64,000 nucleotides of DNA from Paraspadella gotoi (GCA_051294375.1 CM119263.1:20426115-20490114), one strand, 5' to 3'; shown: positions 27,787 to 42,467, numbered from the stretch's first letter. A program made the numbers and translations. Notes: generated from the letters alone by a model not told the origin.

Positions 27787-30700
27787 ATGGATTATGACTT
27801 TGGAGACTTTGGAGACTTTGATATGGACGCTTTGTTCGGAAGTTATGGGGATCCGATCAAGCCCCGCGAGTTAGGACACACCGACGTTCTGGTGTGGCTC
27901 GTTTTTCCCTTCGCCGCCGTTGGCCTCGTCTGCTCCCTCGTCACCCTCGTCTTCGTCGCCCTCTTTCCCAAGTGAGAGTCTTGGGGGGCGTGGCTATGGG
28001 GCATGGCCGTCTTCGAAGGCGTGTGAGAGTCACTGTCTCTGACTGTAACGCTCACGATTTAGTTATGTTGTTTTTTAGGTTGTTTTTTGTTATATTTTGA
28101 TATTTCTATTATTATTTATTTATCTCTTATTTTGATATTTTTCCTAGACTATCGCGCATTGCATATAAAGACTAATCTACAAATACTCTTTTCCTGGGTG
28201 TTTATAATATTTCTCTTGCATAAAAATATCAGACAATCCGTACGCACTCACTCTAGACTTTCTCATAAATAAAAGAAATGAGTAATGTCGTTGATTCGCT
28301 TAAAAAATTTCATCTTCCGCGTTTGTAAGATTATAGCCTAGACAAGTAAGCGAGAGATATAAATCATACACCTTACCATTTACGACAAGAACCTAATAAA
28401 CTTAAGAGAAAAAAACTTTCGTTCATAAATAACAACTAATTTATAGAATCCTGTCGAGAACCCCTTAACCAGTTTATTTCGATTCAAAACTCCCGATTTT
28501 GAGACAAAGAATTAGTTGAAAAATTAGCAACAATTTAGTTGTTCTACTTTTCTAATAGAGAAAGGCGACGTAAAAAGTAGAGCGTTAAACCGCCGATGAC
28601 TGATCAGGTTTCAAAGCTCAAAAAAATGTCTTCTTTTAAAAAGGCAAAACCGATAAATTTGGTTTAATACGACATTCGAAACTTAACGATGAAATTGTTT
28701 TCGAGGTTATGAAAGTTGTAAAATTACTTGTTTCACTATCTTTATTTTTTATTTTTTAGATTTAAAATAACTATGTTTTTATTCATAAACAAAATTTATA
28801 AACGGTTCATCATGAAAATTGGTTTGATCATTTATTGTGGTATTTATTGATTGTGAATTTGTGATATATGTGTGAAGGGAATATTGATTGTGGTATTTTA
28901 AAAATAAATTACCATTAGTTCTGACTGACCAACCTGACCAACCCTTTAGCAGAAGTGGGGGCTGGATAAAAAAAATTTTAATGTTTGTTGGAACCGTAAA
29001 ATTTGTAGTCGGGCATAGCACAAGTTCACCCCGCCTATAAGCATGACACCTTCATTCCTTCAGTCGTGACCCCGTGGCTCCTTGAATACCAGCAGCTCAT
29101 GACCATTAGGCATTAGGTGCCGGGATCGATCTCCAATGGTACCTGCCTTGCGGGAAGTGTGAGGCCGACCGTAAACCTCCTTGAGGGCATGAAAAAACCT
29201 CCAGCCTGGCTCCAAGCACGGGAGCCGTTCCGTTGCTGCTTAGGCACAGGGGGCACAGAAGATACGTAATTCTTCAGCCCACTTAGCGCCTTATCCACAA
29301 ATTTCCCATTTCGTCTATCCTTATTGGTGATTGATATTTTTTCTCGATTGTAGGCCGCTGAAAACCACCATCGTTTATTGCATCGTTCTGTGCGTCTCGT
29401 CGATCTTAACATGTTTGATATCGATGGCTCAAGCGTCAACCTGGGAAGTAAGTATTTTTTTCGGCCAGGACGTTTAAAACTCGATATTGCATATTATAAG
29501 ATAAAAATACAATTCGTTCCCCCTCTACTTCAGATTCTGGCCGACTTAAAAGGGAGAGGTGAAGACGCCGACTTCGTCATCATCGACTACGCCATCTCGT
29601 GGATCACGATCTTGCTCATCGGCGTCTCTAACTGGCTCTTCGTCGCTTTCGTCGCCGTCCGCCTCTGCGCCATTCTCCGCGTCAACATCAACCGATATCA
29701 CGACTACGTCGATGCCGACGCCGGCGAGCAGCCGCAGCGACAGAAATCCAGCTGCTGTTACATTTGCAAGTGTGTGGGGCAATTTTTAAGACGGAAAGCG
29801 ATATTGTTTCTTTGTTTTCTAGGAGAACGTTTTTTGTTTTCCATCTATATTTAAAGAATGAGATAAGATTAAGAACTGTATGAGGAGGAGCAAGGAAAAA
29901 GACGTGATCTCCGTTCCTTTTGTTTCTCAGGATAATCTTGGTCGTGCTTTTCTTCGGGTGGTTGTTACCCACCGTCATTCTTCCTCTCGTCGCTCTCGTA
30001 GAATTCTATCACAATTGGTTGGAGGAAGATTCGGAGGTGGTCGACATATTGAGGTAAAACTGAAAGTCAGGATTTGATTGAGACAGAAAGACTTTTGTCG
30101 GAAGATATGGGTCTTAGGTTGCTGACAGCCTGACAGTGACATTTATTTTTCAACTCTCTCCCTCTCTCTCTCTTTCTATTTTCTTGTTCAAAGATTCGCA
30201 TTTGAACACGATTTCAACCACCGATGGGGATCGGTGATCTATTTGCTTCTCCCGATCGGAATCACCGTCGTCCTCTCGGGAATCATCGTCTTTCAAACTG
30301 TGAAGAAGCTCAGAGGGCTCAAGTTTATGCAGACGAAATGGGACAAGGCCAAGTGAGATGAGACAAGGCGTCACAACCAATTAAGAATTCTTCCTATTTT
30401 TTTCCCCCTCTAGATTGACACTGGGCGCCATCTTGATTTTCCTCGTTTCGCGCATCCCGATGTTAGTCTATGTATTCTTCGCTTTTCTTGCGTATGCACC
30501 CGCGCCCAAGAAAACTGGTAAAATATTTAAAGACGGAAAATAAAAGGTCTCTTCTTTTCTGTCTATAAACTCTACAATATTATAAATCCAAATATATGGT
30601 TATGGTTATTAATATTATTATTATTATTATTATTTTTAATATTATTAATATTATTATTATTTTTAATCATCCACCTGTGTAAAGTTTTGAACTTTCAAAT

Positions 30701-32101
30701 ACTATCAAGGAAAAAATTATATAACATAATTCATTTATTCAATAAAAAGTATACAAAACATGGGTAAAACATTCTCAATATTTGGTATGCCCTTCCTCGG
30801 CATTGACTACTGCCTACATTCGTTTGGGCATTCTCTCATACAGCAAATTGAGGTATGACAGTGAAATATTTTTCCACATCTTTAACGCAATTTTTTTCAG
30901 CCGCGATGTTGATGTTGCGTATCTTTCTCTCTTTTCTGAGAGCTATAATAGTACTTTTTTGAACCAAAAAGAGGTGCAAGGCCTTTAGCATTACCAAATT
31001 TTTAAAAAACTAAAAAAAATAACTAACTCTATTCGAAATAAAAACAAATAACTAAATACCAAAAATAGTGGAAAACTAAATATGATTTTTTTCAACATTT
31101 TTCATTGGAAGTAACATTATTTTTTTGCCTCTAACTTCTAAACGATTTGACCTATAAAAAAAAGGAAGGAAGATACTGAAAGAAAATTTAATGTAGATTT
31201 GAAATATTTTCAATGAAAACATTCTAATTTTTTTTAAATCAAACAAGTTTTCTAGTAGATATCCTTTATTAAAAATGTCATATACTTTTTTTCTAGATAG
31301 TAGGTGACTGAGTAATTGATAAGCAAGATACATAAAAAGAATTGTACGTATTAAAAATAAAAAGTTCTAATTTCAGCCCCGCGCCGCGGTGAGATAAGCA
31401 TTTGTTTTAATTTAAATTAATAGAAATGCTCAGCTCGGGCGACCTCTGAGCAAGAGTTTTTAAAACAAAAATCTATTCGAATTAATGTTACTAACTAGTA
31501 ATAGGAATTTATTTCCTTTTTTTTTTTGAAAAATATAAAATCACATGTGATCTTCGATAGGTTATTTCAACTTTGGTAAAAAAAGTATTTAACAATCGTT
31601 ATCTGATTCTTCCCCTCCGATTTCTCAGGCGACCCCATCTTGGACGCTGCCCTCCAGTCCGAGTACAAGACCTTCACGAAGGTCGACAAGCCGAAGATTG
31701 TAGAGGAAAAAATGGGGCCGCTCAGTCCGGTATGCCTCATCTTCCTTTGTCTGGCGGCGGCCTTCAATTTGCCCTTGTTCTATATCGCGTCGCGCCGATT
31801 TAAGTCGCTTTGCGGCGCCGCCAACGCCGCTTGTCGAAACTGTTGCGGATGCGGACAGCGGCGAAAGGAGGACGACGAAGCGCCGTACGCGTCTCCGGTC
31901 ACCGCGTCCTCGTACCTATCGACGCCGATTCAACCGCGGGGCAACAGCCCGAGCTACTCAATTGGGGGCAATTACTTCTTCAACCCGGTCCACCTAAAGG
32001 AGAACGAGAAGCAGGCGTGGAGGGAGAACGGATACTCGAACGGATACTCCGCGAGCGACGATCGCGGACGGCAGGGAGAAAAAAAAGGAGTTCCCGTGTA
32101 A
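27787..32101 (+). CDS. Divergent rhodopsin-like (class A) 7TM GPCR, orphan or peptide-receptor-like
   Basis: Phase-consistent exons 27787-27971, 29354-29447, 29534-29769, 29931-30053, 30194-30352, 30414-30517 and 31629-32101 give seven hydrophobic segments. TM3 SNWLFVAFVAVRLCAI, TM5 YLLLPIGITVVLSGII, TM6 FLVSRIP, TM7/H8 FNLPLFYIASRRFK. Confidence 0.85.
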
Positions 32102-32321
32102 AAAAAAAAAAGAAAAGGACCTCAGGCGATCGCGTCGGTTTTGAAAAGACTGACCAATTTATTTTTGCAGCCTGGCCTTCAGGCTGATCCAGTGCCATTA
32201 ATTCTTTTTCTTAATTTTCATTATGTTGTCATTGAAGATTGCTATGAAACTAAGTGAATTTGACACGCGATTCTAATTTTGCGACAAAGGAAGACTTTTG
32301 TATCACTGCGTACACATAATT

Positions 32322-33270
32322 TTTAGCAGATTCCGACTCTATAATCCACTTTGTCGGTTTGTCGGTCCACCCCCACAATCTTGTCGGTAACTCTCTTAAA
32401 TCATGTCAGAACAAATTATGATAAATTATGCAAAAAATTGATGTCTGTCCGTCTGTCCCGCCTTCAACAACTTTTTTTTGATTAGGTGGACGGATTGGAA
32501 TGAAATTTTGTGTGTGGGTACTGGGTAGGAAAGTATGTGATTAAGCTGGATATAAATTTTTGATAGAATCGTAGGAGTGGAAAAGAGTTTAATTTAGAAA
32601 ACCAAAAGACATATTTATTTGAATTTTTATAAGTCTCTCTCTCTCTATCTCTCTCTGAATGATTGATTTATTGTTAATATGGTTAAATAATTGATTGATA
32701 ATGTTTTTAAATGATTTATTGAAAAATCTGTTATGATGTATAATGTTATGATCTAGTTATGATTATGTTTCTCTCTCTTTATTTATTTATGAATTTTCTT
32801 GTCACATTCATCGGACATCATTTTATCATTGATTAATGATCGATTATCATCACATAAAAGATCGATTATTATCGTATCTACTATTATCGCATCAATAAAT
32901 CGTAATCATTGCATCGATAAATCCTTAGGTAATATCGCTTTAATAGTTGGGAATCAACAAACAGGAAATGAAGATTGGGAAGTGGTAATCGGGAAGTGGC
33001 TATAGGGAAGAGATGTTAGAGGGAAAAACGTTCTTGAATTTGATGAGCGGGGTTTTCTGGATTACAACGAGTTTATGTCCAACCAATTAACATTTTTAAA
33101 AATAATTTTCAGGCATGATCACTATACTAAATTTTTTTTGTTATTGATTGTTATGATCCGTTGTAAAATGTGATCACAAATTAAAAGACCATCATGAATA
33201 AGTATTTGCTTAGCTGCTTACAGCTAAATTATCGTAGGCAGATCCGACATTGTTTGCTCAAACTTGTTTT
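32322..33270 (+). mobile_element. Helentron/DINE-like non-autonomous element (family A)
   Basis: 5' agcagat.ccgactctataat.cactttgtcgg, internal GTCY repeats, 3' gcagatccgacattgtttgctcaaacttgtt, in T-rich flanks. Homologous to 38303-44154 (split), 45620-46050 and 57707-58571. Confidence 0.7.
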
Positions 33271-34705
33271 TAAATGAAATGAACAGTGAAAAAAGAAAGA
33301 AAAATCCAAGAAAAAAAATACAAAATTTGTATTCTAAAATATTGAAAGATAATTTTGATTAATCTATGCACAAAACCTGTTGATTTTAGTTGGAATTACA
33401 TTATTAAAACAAATTGCAAATGATATTGAGAAGAAATTATGGTTTGGATAATCCAAATTTTCGTTCTGAGATTATTACATTATTTGCATTAAATAAGGAA
33501 GTTGAATTTTATATTGCGCGTCGATCTGAATAAATTAGATACTCAAAAACTACCTGCCAATTCTGTCTTAGGAAAAACTAGACTAAAATATTTTCTATCT
33601 CGCATTCTATGTTACAAACCTTAATTCGATAATTTAGCGGCAACGGTTTTGAGTATTGACTAACAACTAGGTTGTTCCAAAATATTGTACATTTTATATA
33701 TATATGAATTACTTGTCAAAAAATTATTACCATAATATAATTTTCGTATCATGTTACCTCTAAAAGAAATCTTTTAGTCAATTTTTCTGACTGAAAATAC
33801 TTTCTATTTCGAGAGCATTCAGGAAAATGTATTAATTACCAAAACAAAGTTACTAACTTTATTAAAATGAGTTAAAATAATGAAAATTAGACGTAAAAAG
33901 GCGAAATGGGTCCAAAAAAGTTCATCGTAAGAATATAGTACATTTAAAGCCTAAAAAATTACAGCAATAAGATGAAGGTAGTATAGACTGAAATTTATTT
34001 AATCTATTGCGATACAAATTGGCTTCCCTATCTTCAAAAATAGTATTAGTTATATATTTTAAACCGATAGTTCGGATAGATTTAATAAGCGCTCAGACAA
34101 ATCATTAACTGATAAAGGCGTAATTGAAAACAATACAATCAGTTTAGCATTATTAAGCCAGCTTATCGAACTTCAAAAAATTAATAGATAAGCCGAATTC
34201 TCTTTCGACAAATGACTGAACTCGAAACCATATTTTCGAAGTTCGAATTTTTAAACAAAATCGAAGAAGAAACGAATCGAACCATCTCTCATCAAAACGG
34301 AAAATCATGACAGGCTTTAAAGACATTAAATCCAACCGGTCTTTCGAATGTTTGACGGCTCTTCTCGGAGAAAAACAGACCTAAAACGTTCGAGTACTTT
34401 TTCAACTGTGCAGCCGAGCTAACACTTACATTATCCGAAGGTCCGAAACTCGAAATTCTATGGCAGCGCCTAATCCGTTTCGGAATAGTTTCTCCTCGAC
34501 ATCAAAGAAGATTCAGATATGAAAAAGATTTTGGCGATCTATCACTCGTCGTTATCAACAGACATATCTGAAAACTTTCAAAGAGAAACGTTAACTATAC
34601 AAACAGATGAAAATCATCGTTGAAAAAAAAACGTTTCTTTTTATTTCGGAGTTTATTACCTCAAAGTAAAACGCACGAATTTTCGTAAATGGGACGAACT
34701 AAAAA

Positions 34706-37700
34706 ATGGAAAAAACCGCTGAAACTGACGAACTACCTCATCCACGATGCATAAAAGCTATGTTAAAGAATAAATCTGTTACTACTGAACTTGTCACGGT
34801 TAGTAGCGACGTTGCATGCGTAAAAAACACATGAATTTATGAACATGGTGTATGAAAACAAGTAAAAGGATCTTGAGAAGGATCAGGAGTTCCGTATTTC
34901 AGTGTAGAGGACTTGTCTTTCAGCTTACGTATAAATTTCATTATAATTTAGGTAAAATTGTACATTCACAGTTTAGGATCTTCCCGATCGGTAATTTTTT
35001 TTCTGCTTCCTATGATTACAAATGTAAAAAAAAATTTTGTAAAAAAAATCATGTTTTTTTTTCGAATATTACCCCAACCACCCTTAACCATAACTAACCC
35101 AAAGGTTAACCAAACTTTACTTTTTTTTCCCTTGTAGTATTAAATTACAGTAATGATACAGTAATGATACATTCCAATCGGCGAAAATAAAATAGTGCTA
35201 TAATTTATATCAATTACGTAGAATTCAGCCATTATAAAATTATTTTAAAATAAACGCAAAATCTCGTATCTGAGAGGACACGGGTTCAAGCCCCAATTAT
35301 TACGGTTAATAATAATGGATGACGCTTAGGTTAACGAAGAGTATCTGGATCTGAAGTTCTAAAGGATAACTTTACCAAATATCTCACTCAGGCTCAACTC
35401 ACATGGGTGCAAGCCACGCTTTTCCAAGCTAGAGAGCTTGCGCAATGGGCAATGGCCATTTTTGATAAATTATTTCTATCTATTTTTAAATCAGTTTTAA
35501 AATTTTGTAAAGTCGAAATATCCTTAACTTATTTTTAGAACTAAATCAATTATATAACGGAAAATTTTAATATAACCATATTTACTTACAGGAATTTTTG
35601 AAGCGGAATACTGATTATCTGGAAGATTTTGTATACAAACATGTCTCTATAGAGGATATGGAAAGATTGCTCATCAGAAAATCCCACCGAAGAACACATA
35701 ATCAACTATTGGAATTGTCAGATCCAGAATTGTTTCTTTCCAAAGATGCCTTAGACCTCAGCTCATCTTCTAACCCGATGCACGATGAAGCGGGGAAGCC
35801 ATCCCTCAAACGTTCCGAATCGAAACGCTTAAGTCTCTCTCGCTGGAAATTTTGCGTTCACGCGGACAAAAGGAAAATGTTACAGCAACTTACTAAGGAT
35901 ATTACCAATTATCAAAGTAAAGTACAAGTGCTTTTAGAACTAAGCGACTGCATTTACAATGCGGTTAACGCCGATCATTACAATTTTTATTTTATGAACG
36001 ATGACAAGACTTTGCTGTATCACTGCTATCCGGGAAAAACGGAGCTTTCCGATTCACAAAAACCGGAAGCACATTTTCCGGTCAAGGAAGGTTACAACAT
36101 TCCCGCATATGTGGCGAGTAAAAGAAAAACGGTGCTAATTACGGAACTGGGTCAGATTTCCGATAGTCGATTTCCTTTTGGTGTCGGAAAAGACAACGAA
36201 AGGGTAAATTCCGTCTTGTGCCTTCCGATATTCCAGTCCGACGGTGAAATCGTCGGCGTTCTCGAATTGCTGAAAACCCGCAACTTGGATGAAACCCAAC
36301 AATTGAGTTTGAGTGACTCTTTTGCCGAAGAGGACGAAGAAATAGCGAGTAGCTATCTGGTTTGGGGAGGGATAGCCGTGTACTACGCCGAGATGTACGT
36401 CGGCCTGCGCCAACAAAAAAACTTAAACGGTTTTCTGTTGGACGTAATTAAATCTTTGTTCAAAGACATAAGCGTAGACAGAGTTGTCTCACGGATTATG
36501 GGTTACGCGAAGCAGTTGGTTAATGCCGACAGAGCGGCGCTATTCATGATCGATTCTAAATCTGACGAGCTTTATGCACAAGTTTTCGATCAAGGTAACG
36601 AAAAGGAAAGAGTGCCCGAAATAAGATTTCCCATGAGCAAAGGAATCGCGGGTCACGTGGCAACCACGGGCGAAATTCTCAACATCAAGGATGCGTATCA
36701 AGACGATCGTTTTAACAGGGAAGTCGATGCAATGACTGGTTACAAGACTCATACTTTGCTCTGCATGCCCATCTTCATAAAAGATCGCATTATAGGAGTC
36801 GTGCAATTAGTGAATAAACTCGGTGGGACTTTTAACAAAAAAGATGAGGAAGCTTTCCAAATGTTTGCCATATACTGTGGCTTAGCTTTGCACAATGCCA
36901 AATTGTACGAGAGGTTATGGAAAAGCGAGCAACGATACAAAGTTGCGGTTGAAATTCTCTCTTATCACGCTACTCCCAAGGAGGAAGATATCACAGAAAT
37001 TCAAAACCAAAAGCCAAATGATTTATCCAAGATAGAAGGGTTCGAACAATACAGTTTTTTCGGTTGGTACATTGACCCGGAAAAAAAGGTTCGGCTGGTG
37101 CTAGACATGTTCAACGAACTCTTCCAGGGACAATGGGTAGAAACATCCAAAGAGGGTCACTACAAAGCCAGCGACATTACGGTCAACTTCGAAAATCACA
37201 AAGAACTTCGCGGACGATCTTCGGTAGATTCTCTGCCTGAACCCGCAAAATCTTCCCATCAGCAACTCACTTTCGATAGCGAAGTTTTAATTCGATTTTT
37301 CCTGACAATACGAAGAAATTACCGAGACGTACCGTACCACAACTGGAATCACGCGTTTGAGGTAGCCCGCGCCATGTTCTGCGTTTTGAAAAACGGGACG
37401 CACTGCTTTACTCTGTTGGAGGCACTTGGATTGTTCGTGGCCTGCGTTTGTCACGATGTCGACCACAGAGGTAAAACTAATTCTTATATGGTTCGAAGCG
37501 CCTCGCCGCTGGGAGAAATGTTCGCGACATCAACCATGGAACAGCATCATTTCAAACACACCGTTACGATTCTGCAACAAGAAAAGCACAACATTTTTTC
37601 GCAATTATGTACAGAAGACTTTAAACAGGTCTTGAATTTGTACGGCTAATTATATAATAATATCATAATCCGTAAACCATACTTTCTAAGGTTTTGAAGG

Positions 37701-40700
37701 TCATTCGATATTGTATCATTTCGACTGACTTGGTTCAATTTTTCAAAAACAAAGAAACATTCACGCACATGCTTAACAATGAACACGAAACGTTTTCCTG
37801 GGAAGAGGAAAAGTTTCGTGATTTAACCATGGCTGTTGCAATGACCTCCTGCGACTTAACATCAGGTAACTCCTAATCCTATATCAACTTTTTTACTAAA
37901 ATGTAGCTGGTTGATTCAATTACAATATTCCTTGACGTTGCGGCAACTGAATTACTGCCTCAACACATTCACTCTCACCACCCGCCTGATTACAACAGCG
38001 CAACCCTGCTGAGATAAGAGCGAGCATTCTCTCTTAACTGCCCATGCGGAGTTCGGTACGCGCTCCATTGGTTTCAATGCTCGTAGGTGAGACGGGACGT
38101 CTAACCTACCGTTAGTAGCCGACTACAGTCAGATCCGAAGATCTGAAGCTAGCAAATAACAGGCGCTTATTTGTCCTGTCTGTGATGTCTGTGAAGAACT
38201 AAAATACCATAATTCGGAGAAAAACAACGACGACCATAAATTCTTTTGTCTCCACCAAACCGTTTTGAATTTACTAATCCGACTAAAGTCGGATCTGCTT
38301 ATTAGCAGATCCCGATTCTATAATTCACTTTGTCGGTCACTTATATCATGTCAGAACATCGAATTATGATAAATTATGCAAAAAAAATTATATCCGTCCG
38401 TCGGTCTGTCTGTCCGTCCCACCATAGCAAAAAAATATAATTACTCGTGATTGGATTGATGGATTGGGATGAAATTTTGTGTGTTGGTAGGGAAGCGAGT
38501 GATTGAGCTGGATATGAAGTTTCGATGGAATCGTGCCGAGTGGAAACTAGTTAAAATGAAAAAAACACTCTTTGAACATTATTTGAACGCCAATTAATCA
38601 TGAGTGTGGATGGGGCGATTGGCTTGAAATTTTGTATGCGAGTAGGAAAGTGTGTGATTAAGCTAGAAATCAAGTTTCGATTAAATCGTTTGATGGAAAT
38701 GAGTTTAAATGAAAAAAAAGCCTGTTTCACTAATTGATTGATTCTTTTTCTTTTTTATATTAAAGGTAAATGCAAGATGTATTAATTAATGAATAATTAT
38801 CAGTTAATCAATTAAATAATAATTAATTAATCAGTCAATAATTAATCAATTAATTAATCAATCAATTTATTTATCTATAAATTAATTATTCAATCAATCA
38901 ATTTATTTATCAATTAATTACTTAATCAATCAATTAAGACAATCGTTATCATCGAGTCGTTGCTTTTGTCGTGGTCAGTGACTGAACAAGATTTTACGCC
39001 TCGCCACTGTCTCTCTTACCTTTCCCGAGGCCACTTTTCTAATGGGCCAATATTTTTCGCGGACATTTAAGCTAAAACCCGTATTCCGAGATAGAAATCG
39101 TTTTTATCAAGCCATGACCGGCGAAGCCGGTTCAGGCTTGATATTCATTCGGGTGAGCTTCTTTGTAACGTAGTCGTCGTCGCCGTCGTCGTCGTCCGTC
39201 ACGCTGTTTTTCTATATAAAAACTACTACGCTTTTATAGGTTTGGCTGTGACTTACCGTTTTTTTTTAAATAAAAATTATTATGAATTATGATAAAGTTT
39301 TACAAAAGTGTGCATTCATAGTAAGTTAAAAATTTAGATATGGCTTCTCATCTTGAAATAGCTTTGATATTTTCTTATTACATTTGGATTTAAGTATTTT
39401 TTGTTTGAATTTCCACTTCATTATGATTTACTGCAATATGCAAATGAGATTATAGTACTCATTATCATATCCAAATTAGTATATAGAAAATGCTTTAATC
39501 TAATTTACATATTGCAGTATATAATATTGAAGATGAAATTCAAAAAATTTTTTTTAAATCTCTAATAAAAATGGGAACTCAAAATAACTTTTTAATGAGA
39601 AGCTATATCTTAATTTTAATACAAATAAAAATAAATCTTTTACAAGCTGCGATTGGAAAAATTGGAAAAATTTCAAATTGTAAACCATTGTAACATTTTT
39701 TGCCTTTCTTTTATTTCTTTTATTCTTTTATTTCAGAAAAAACGAGTTCAGTTTTTGCACTGACTTGTACAGCGGCCTTCAAGCAGCTGTCCAGCTTTGT
39801 CTCTCTTTCTCTCTCTCTCTTTTTTCTTTCTGTCTCTTTCTCTCTTACGATCTCTTGCGTGATCGTTCTTTTTTTAAAAAAAATTATGATTATGTTTTTC
39901 TTTCTAAAAACTTTTATTCGGGGCTTTTTTCTCAATACAAAATCCAAAATTTACATCGAGATTTTCGTGGATACATTTTTAAAAAAGTGAAGAATAACTT
40001 ATATTGACATGCATTGTCACATATAAATCAGCTAATGTGACTTATTATATATGCAGCACTTTCGCCGAACAATATGCATTACATTTAAAAAAAATAAATT
40101 TGTATTTATTTTATTATTGTAACTTTGAACCGGTTGGCCCACTATTGGCAAAATTATATCTAAAAATAGGAGTTGATAAGAGAGATATAGTCAAATTAAA
40201 CATTACTTTTTTGTTATTCTGATAATTTATACTATTATTAAATTTATAAATATTTTTAGTGTATATAATTTAATCATTTTTATCTTTTTTTTAAATAATA
40301 ATTATTTGAGTTGTGATAACTATTATAAAATTAATTAAATATGCAAATATAAATTTGACCTCGTCTGGTTTCTTCCTAAAAAAGAACAATCAAAAATTTC
40401 ATTCAAGATTAAAATTTTTTAAAATGAGGAAATAAAATTTTTTTGATAAGTAAAAAAAATATTTGGAAGTCAAAAATAACATAGTCGTTAAGCTGGAGTA
40501 TTTTCAAAACAAGAATTGCATAAAGCTTTATACAAATTATTTATGTTAAACAGAAGTATTTCCTCGTGTTTCAAATAAAAAATCAAATTTGGGAATAAGT
40601 TTAGCTTCAAGGAGCCGACCCAAAAATCGGGCAAATTTTTTTTTATCGGTAAAGCCTAAAAAACTTCATTCAAGACGGTATAAGTCATTTTTAAAAGCGA

Positions 40701-42407
40701 ATTTTTAAATTCTTTTTATTCAATTAACATCAGCTACCTCAGTGTAATACTATTACCTAAAAGCCTAGTCATTCTTTATGATGTAATTGGATCAATTAAG
40801 GATGAAAATATAAACGTTTATGTAGGAGAGAGTTATCAAGAAATACATATTAATGATGCCTAATACCATTTTTTTACTAAAAAGAGTATAAACAACAAAA
40901 TTGTAACAGATTTTTAAAAGTCAAAGACAATGCGTCCATTGGCATTCTTGCAAATCGGGATCCTCTGAATAGAAACACTCTAGGGCCATTAGGACTCGGG
41001 TCTCTGATCCACCGCTGCGACAATCGTTATGCTCTCATTGTCAATAGTTTCTGTTCCCCACATTCAAAACTGGCTTTAAAGCTTGACCGTTTGCCACAGA
41101 GATGAAAATAAGTAAACCCCTTTGCACCATTCTCCTGTGTTCACCCAATCTCGCGTTTTTGTGTCAACAGTTGCATTTTTTTAAATTTAAAAAAAAATTT
41201 AAAAAATTGGATAATAAACTTTCAGAGAACGGTAAAAGCCACATTTAAACTAGCAAATGAAAATAGATTTTTACAATAAGCAATGGTCGATTTTAGAGTT
41301 TCTCTGCTCGACTTTCAGTTCTTTAAAATCTACAGAAAAAATAAAAAAGAAAAATAAAATAACAAAAAGAAGTTCGGAAGCGAAAACTGTTGAATAAAAA
41401 ATTATTAAACTAAATTATTTTTCGTTAGTATGGAAATGTGGTGAGAAATTCTTATGAGAGGGGATTTTTGAAAATGTTATTCTTTTTCAAGATATTGTTA
41501 GATTTTTAACGGCCAAATTTCTCATTATTCTTTTTTTTTTCCTATGAAGAAAGTGAATTGGAAAATCCCTCTCATAAGAAAATTGGGAACCTTCACCTCA
41601 AGTAAAATTAGTGTTAAATTTCATTCAAAATCCGCCTTCGCCGTTTGGGCTGACAACTCTTCCGATAGGGTTTCTTTTATTTTATTATAGTAATATTAAA
41701 TTCGAAAAAACACCAACGGTTTTGAAAAAAATAATTAAAGTGTGAATAATATTCGAATCAACTGGACCTCTTACTTTCAAAATCCAAGCTTTGTGTTACC
41801 CTATTTATAACTTTTGGTGAGTATCCCAGGCCTTAACTGAGTATTTTCAACTATATATTTTGTTAATAGGGATTATAATTTTTGGATCATTATTATTGAA
41901 AAGAGTGTTTAAGTTTTTTTTCTTCTGAATAGGGGTAGCCCCTCTCAATGGGTGAATCAAAAATTTAGTATGGGAACATGCTCAAACGAAAATTTATGCA
42001 TTTTTAAGTTTACTTTCAATGTACAAAAAAATTTCTTATATGGCCCTATACCCAAATATTTATTCTGTAATATTTTTTTATAAAAAGGAAAAAGAGTTCG
42101 TCCCTACTCATATTCGTCGAAAATGAGTTCAGCTCTGCAGCGGCGGTCCAGCGGCGGTCCAGCGGCTGTCCAGCTTCTCTCTTCTCTCTCTTCTCTCTCT
42201 CTCTCTCTCATCTCTGTTCTCTCTTCTTTTTTTTTTCCTTCTAAAAACTTTTATTATCGCCATTTATTCCGCGCTTTTTTCTCAATACAAAATCCCAAAA
42301 ATTTACATCCGAGATTTTCGTGGATTTTTTCCCTAAAAATTCTGATTATTCTTTATATAAAGGAGAGAGACGTAATAATGCGTTTCGTTGGCGGGAAAAC
42401 TGTCCAG

Positions 42408-42467
<60 letters not shown>

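Noticed and set aside
40930-41160. Possible coding fragment inside the family B element
   Set aside because: The frame examined hits a stop, and no reliable domain motif was found.
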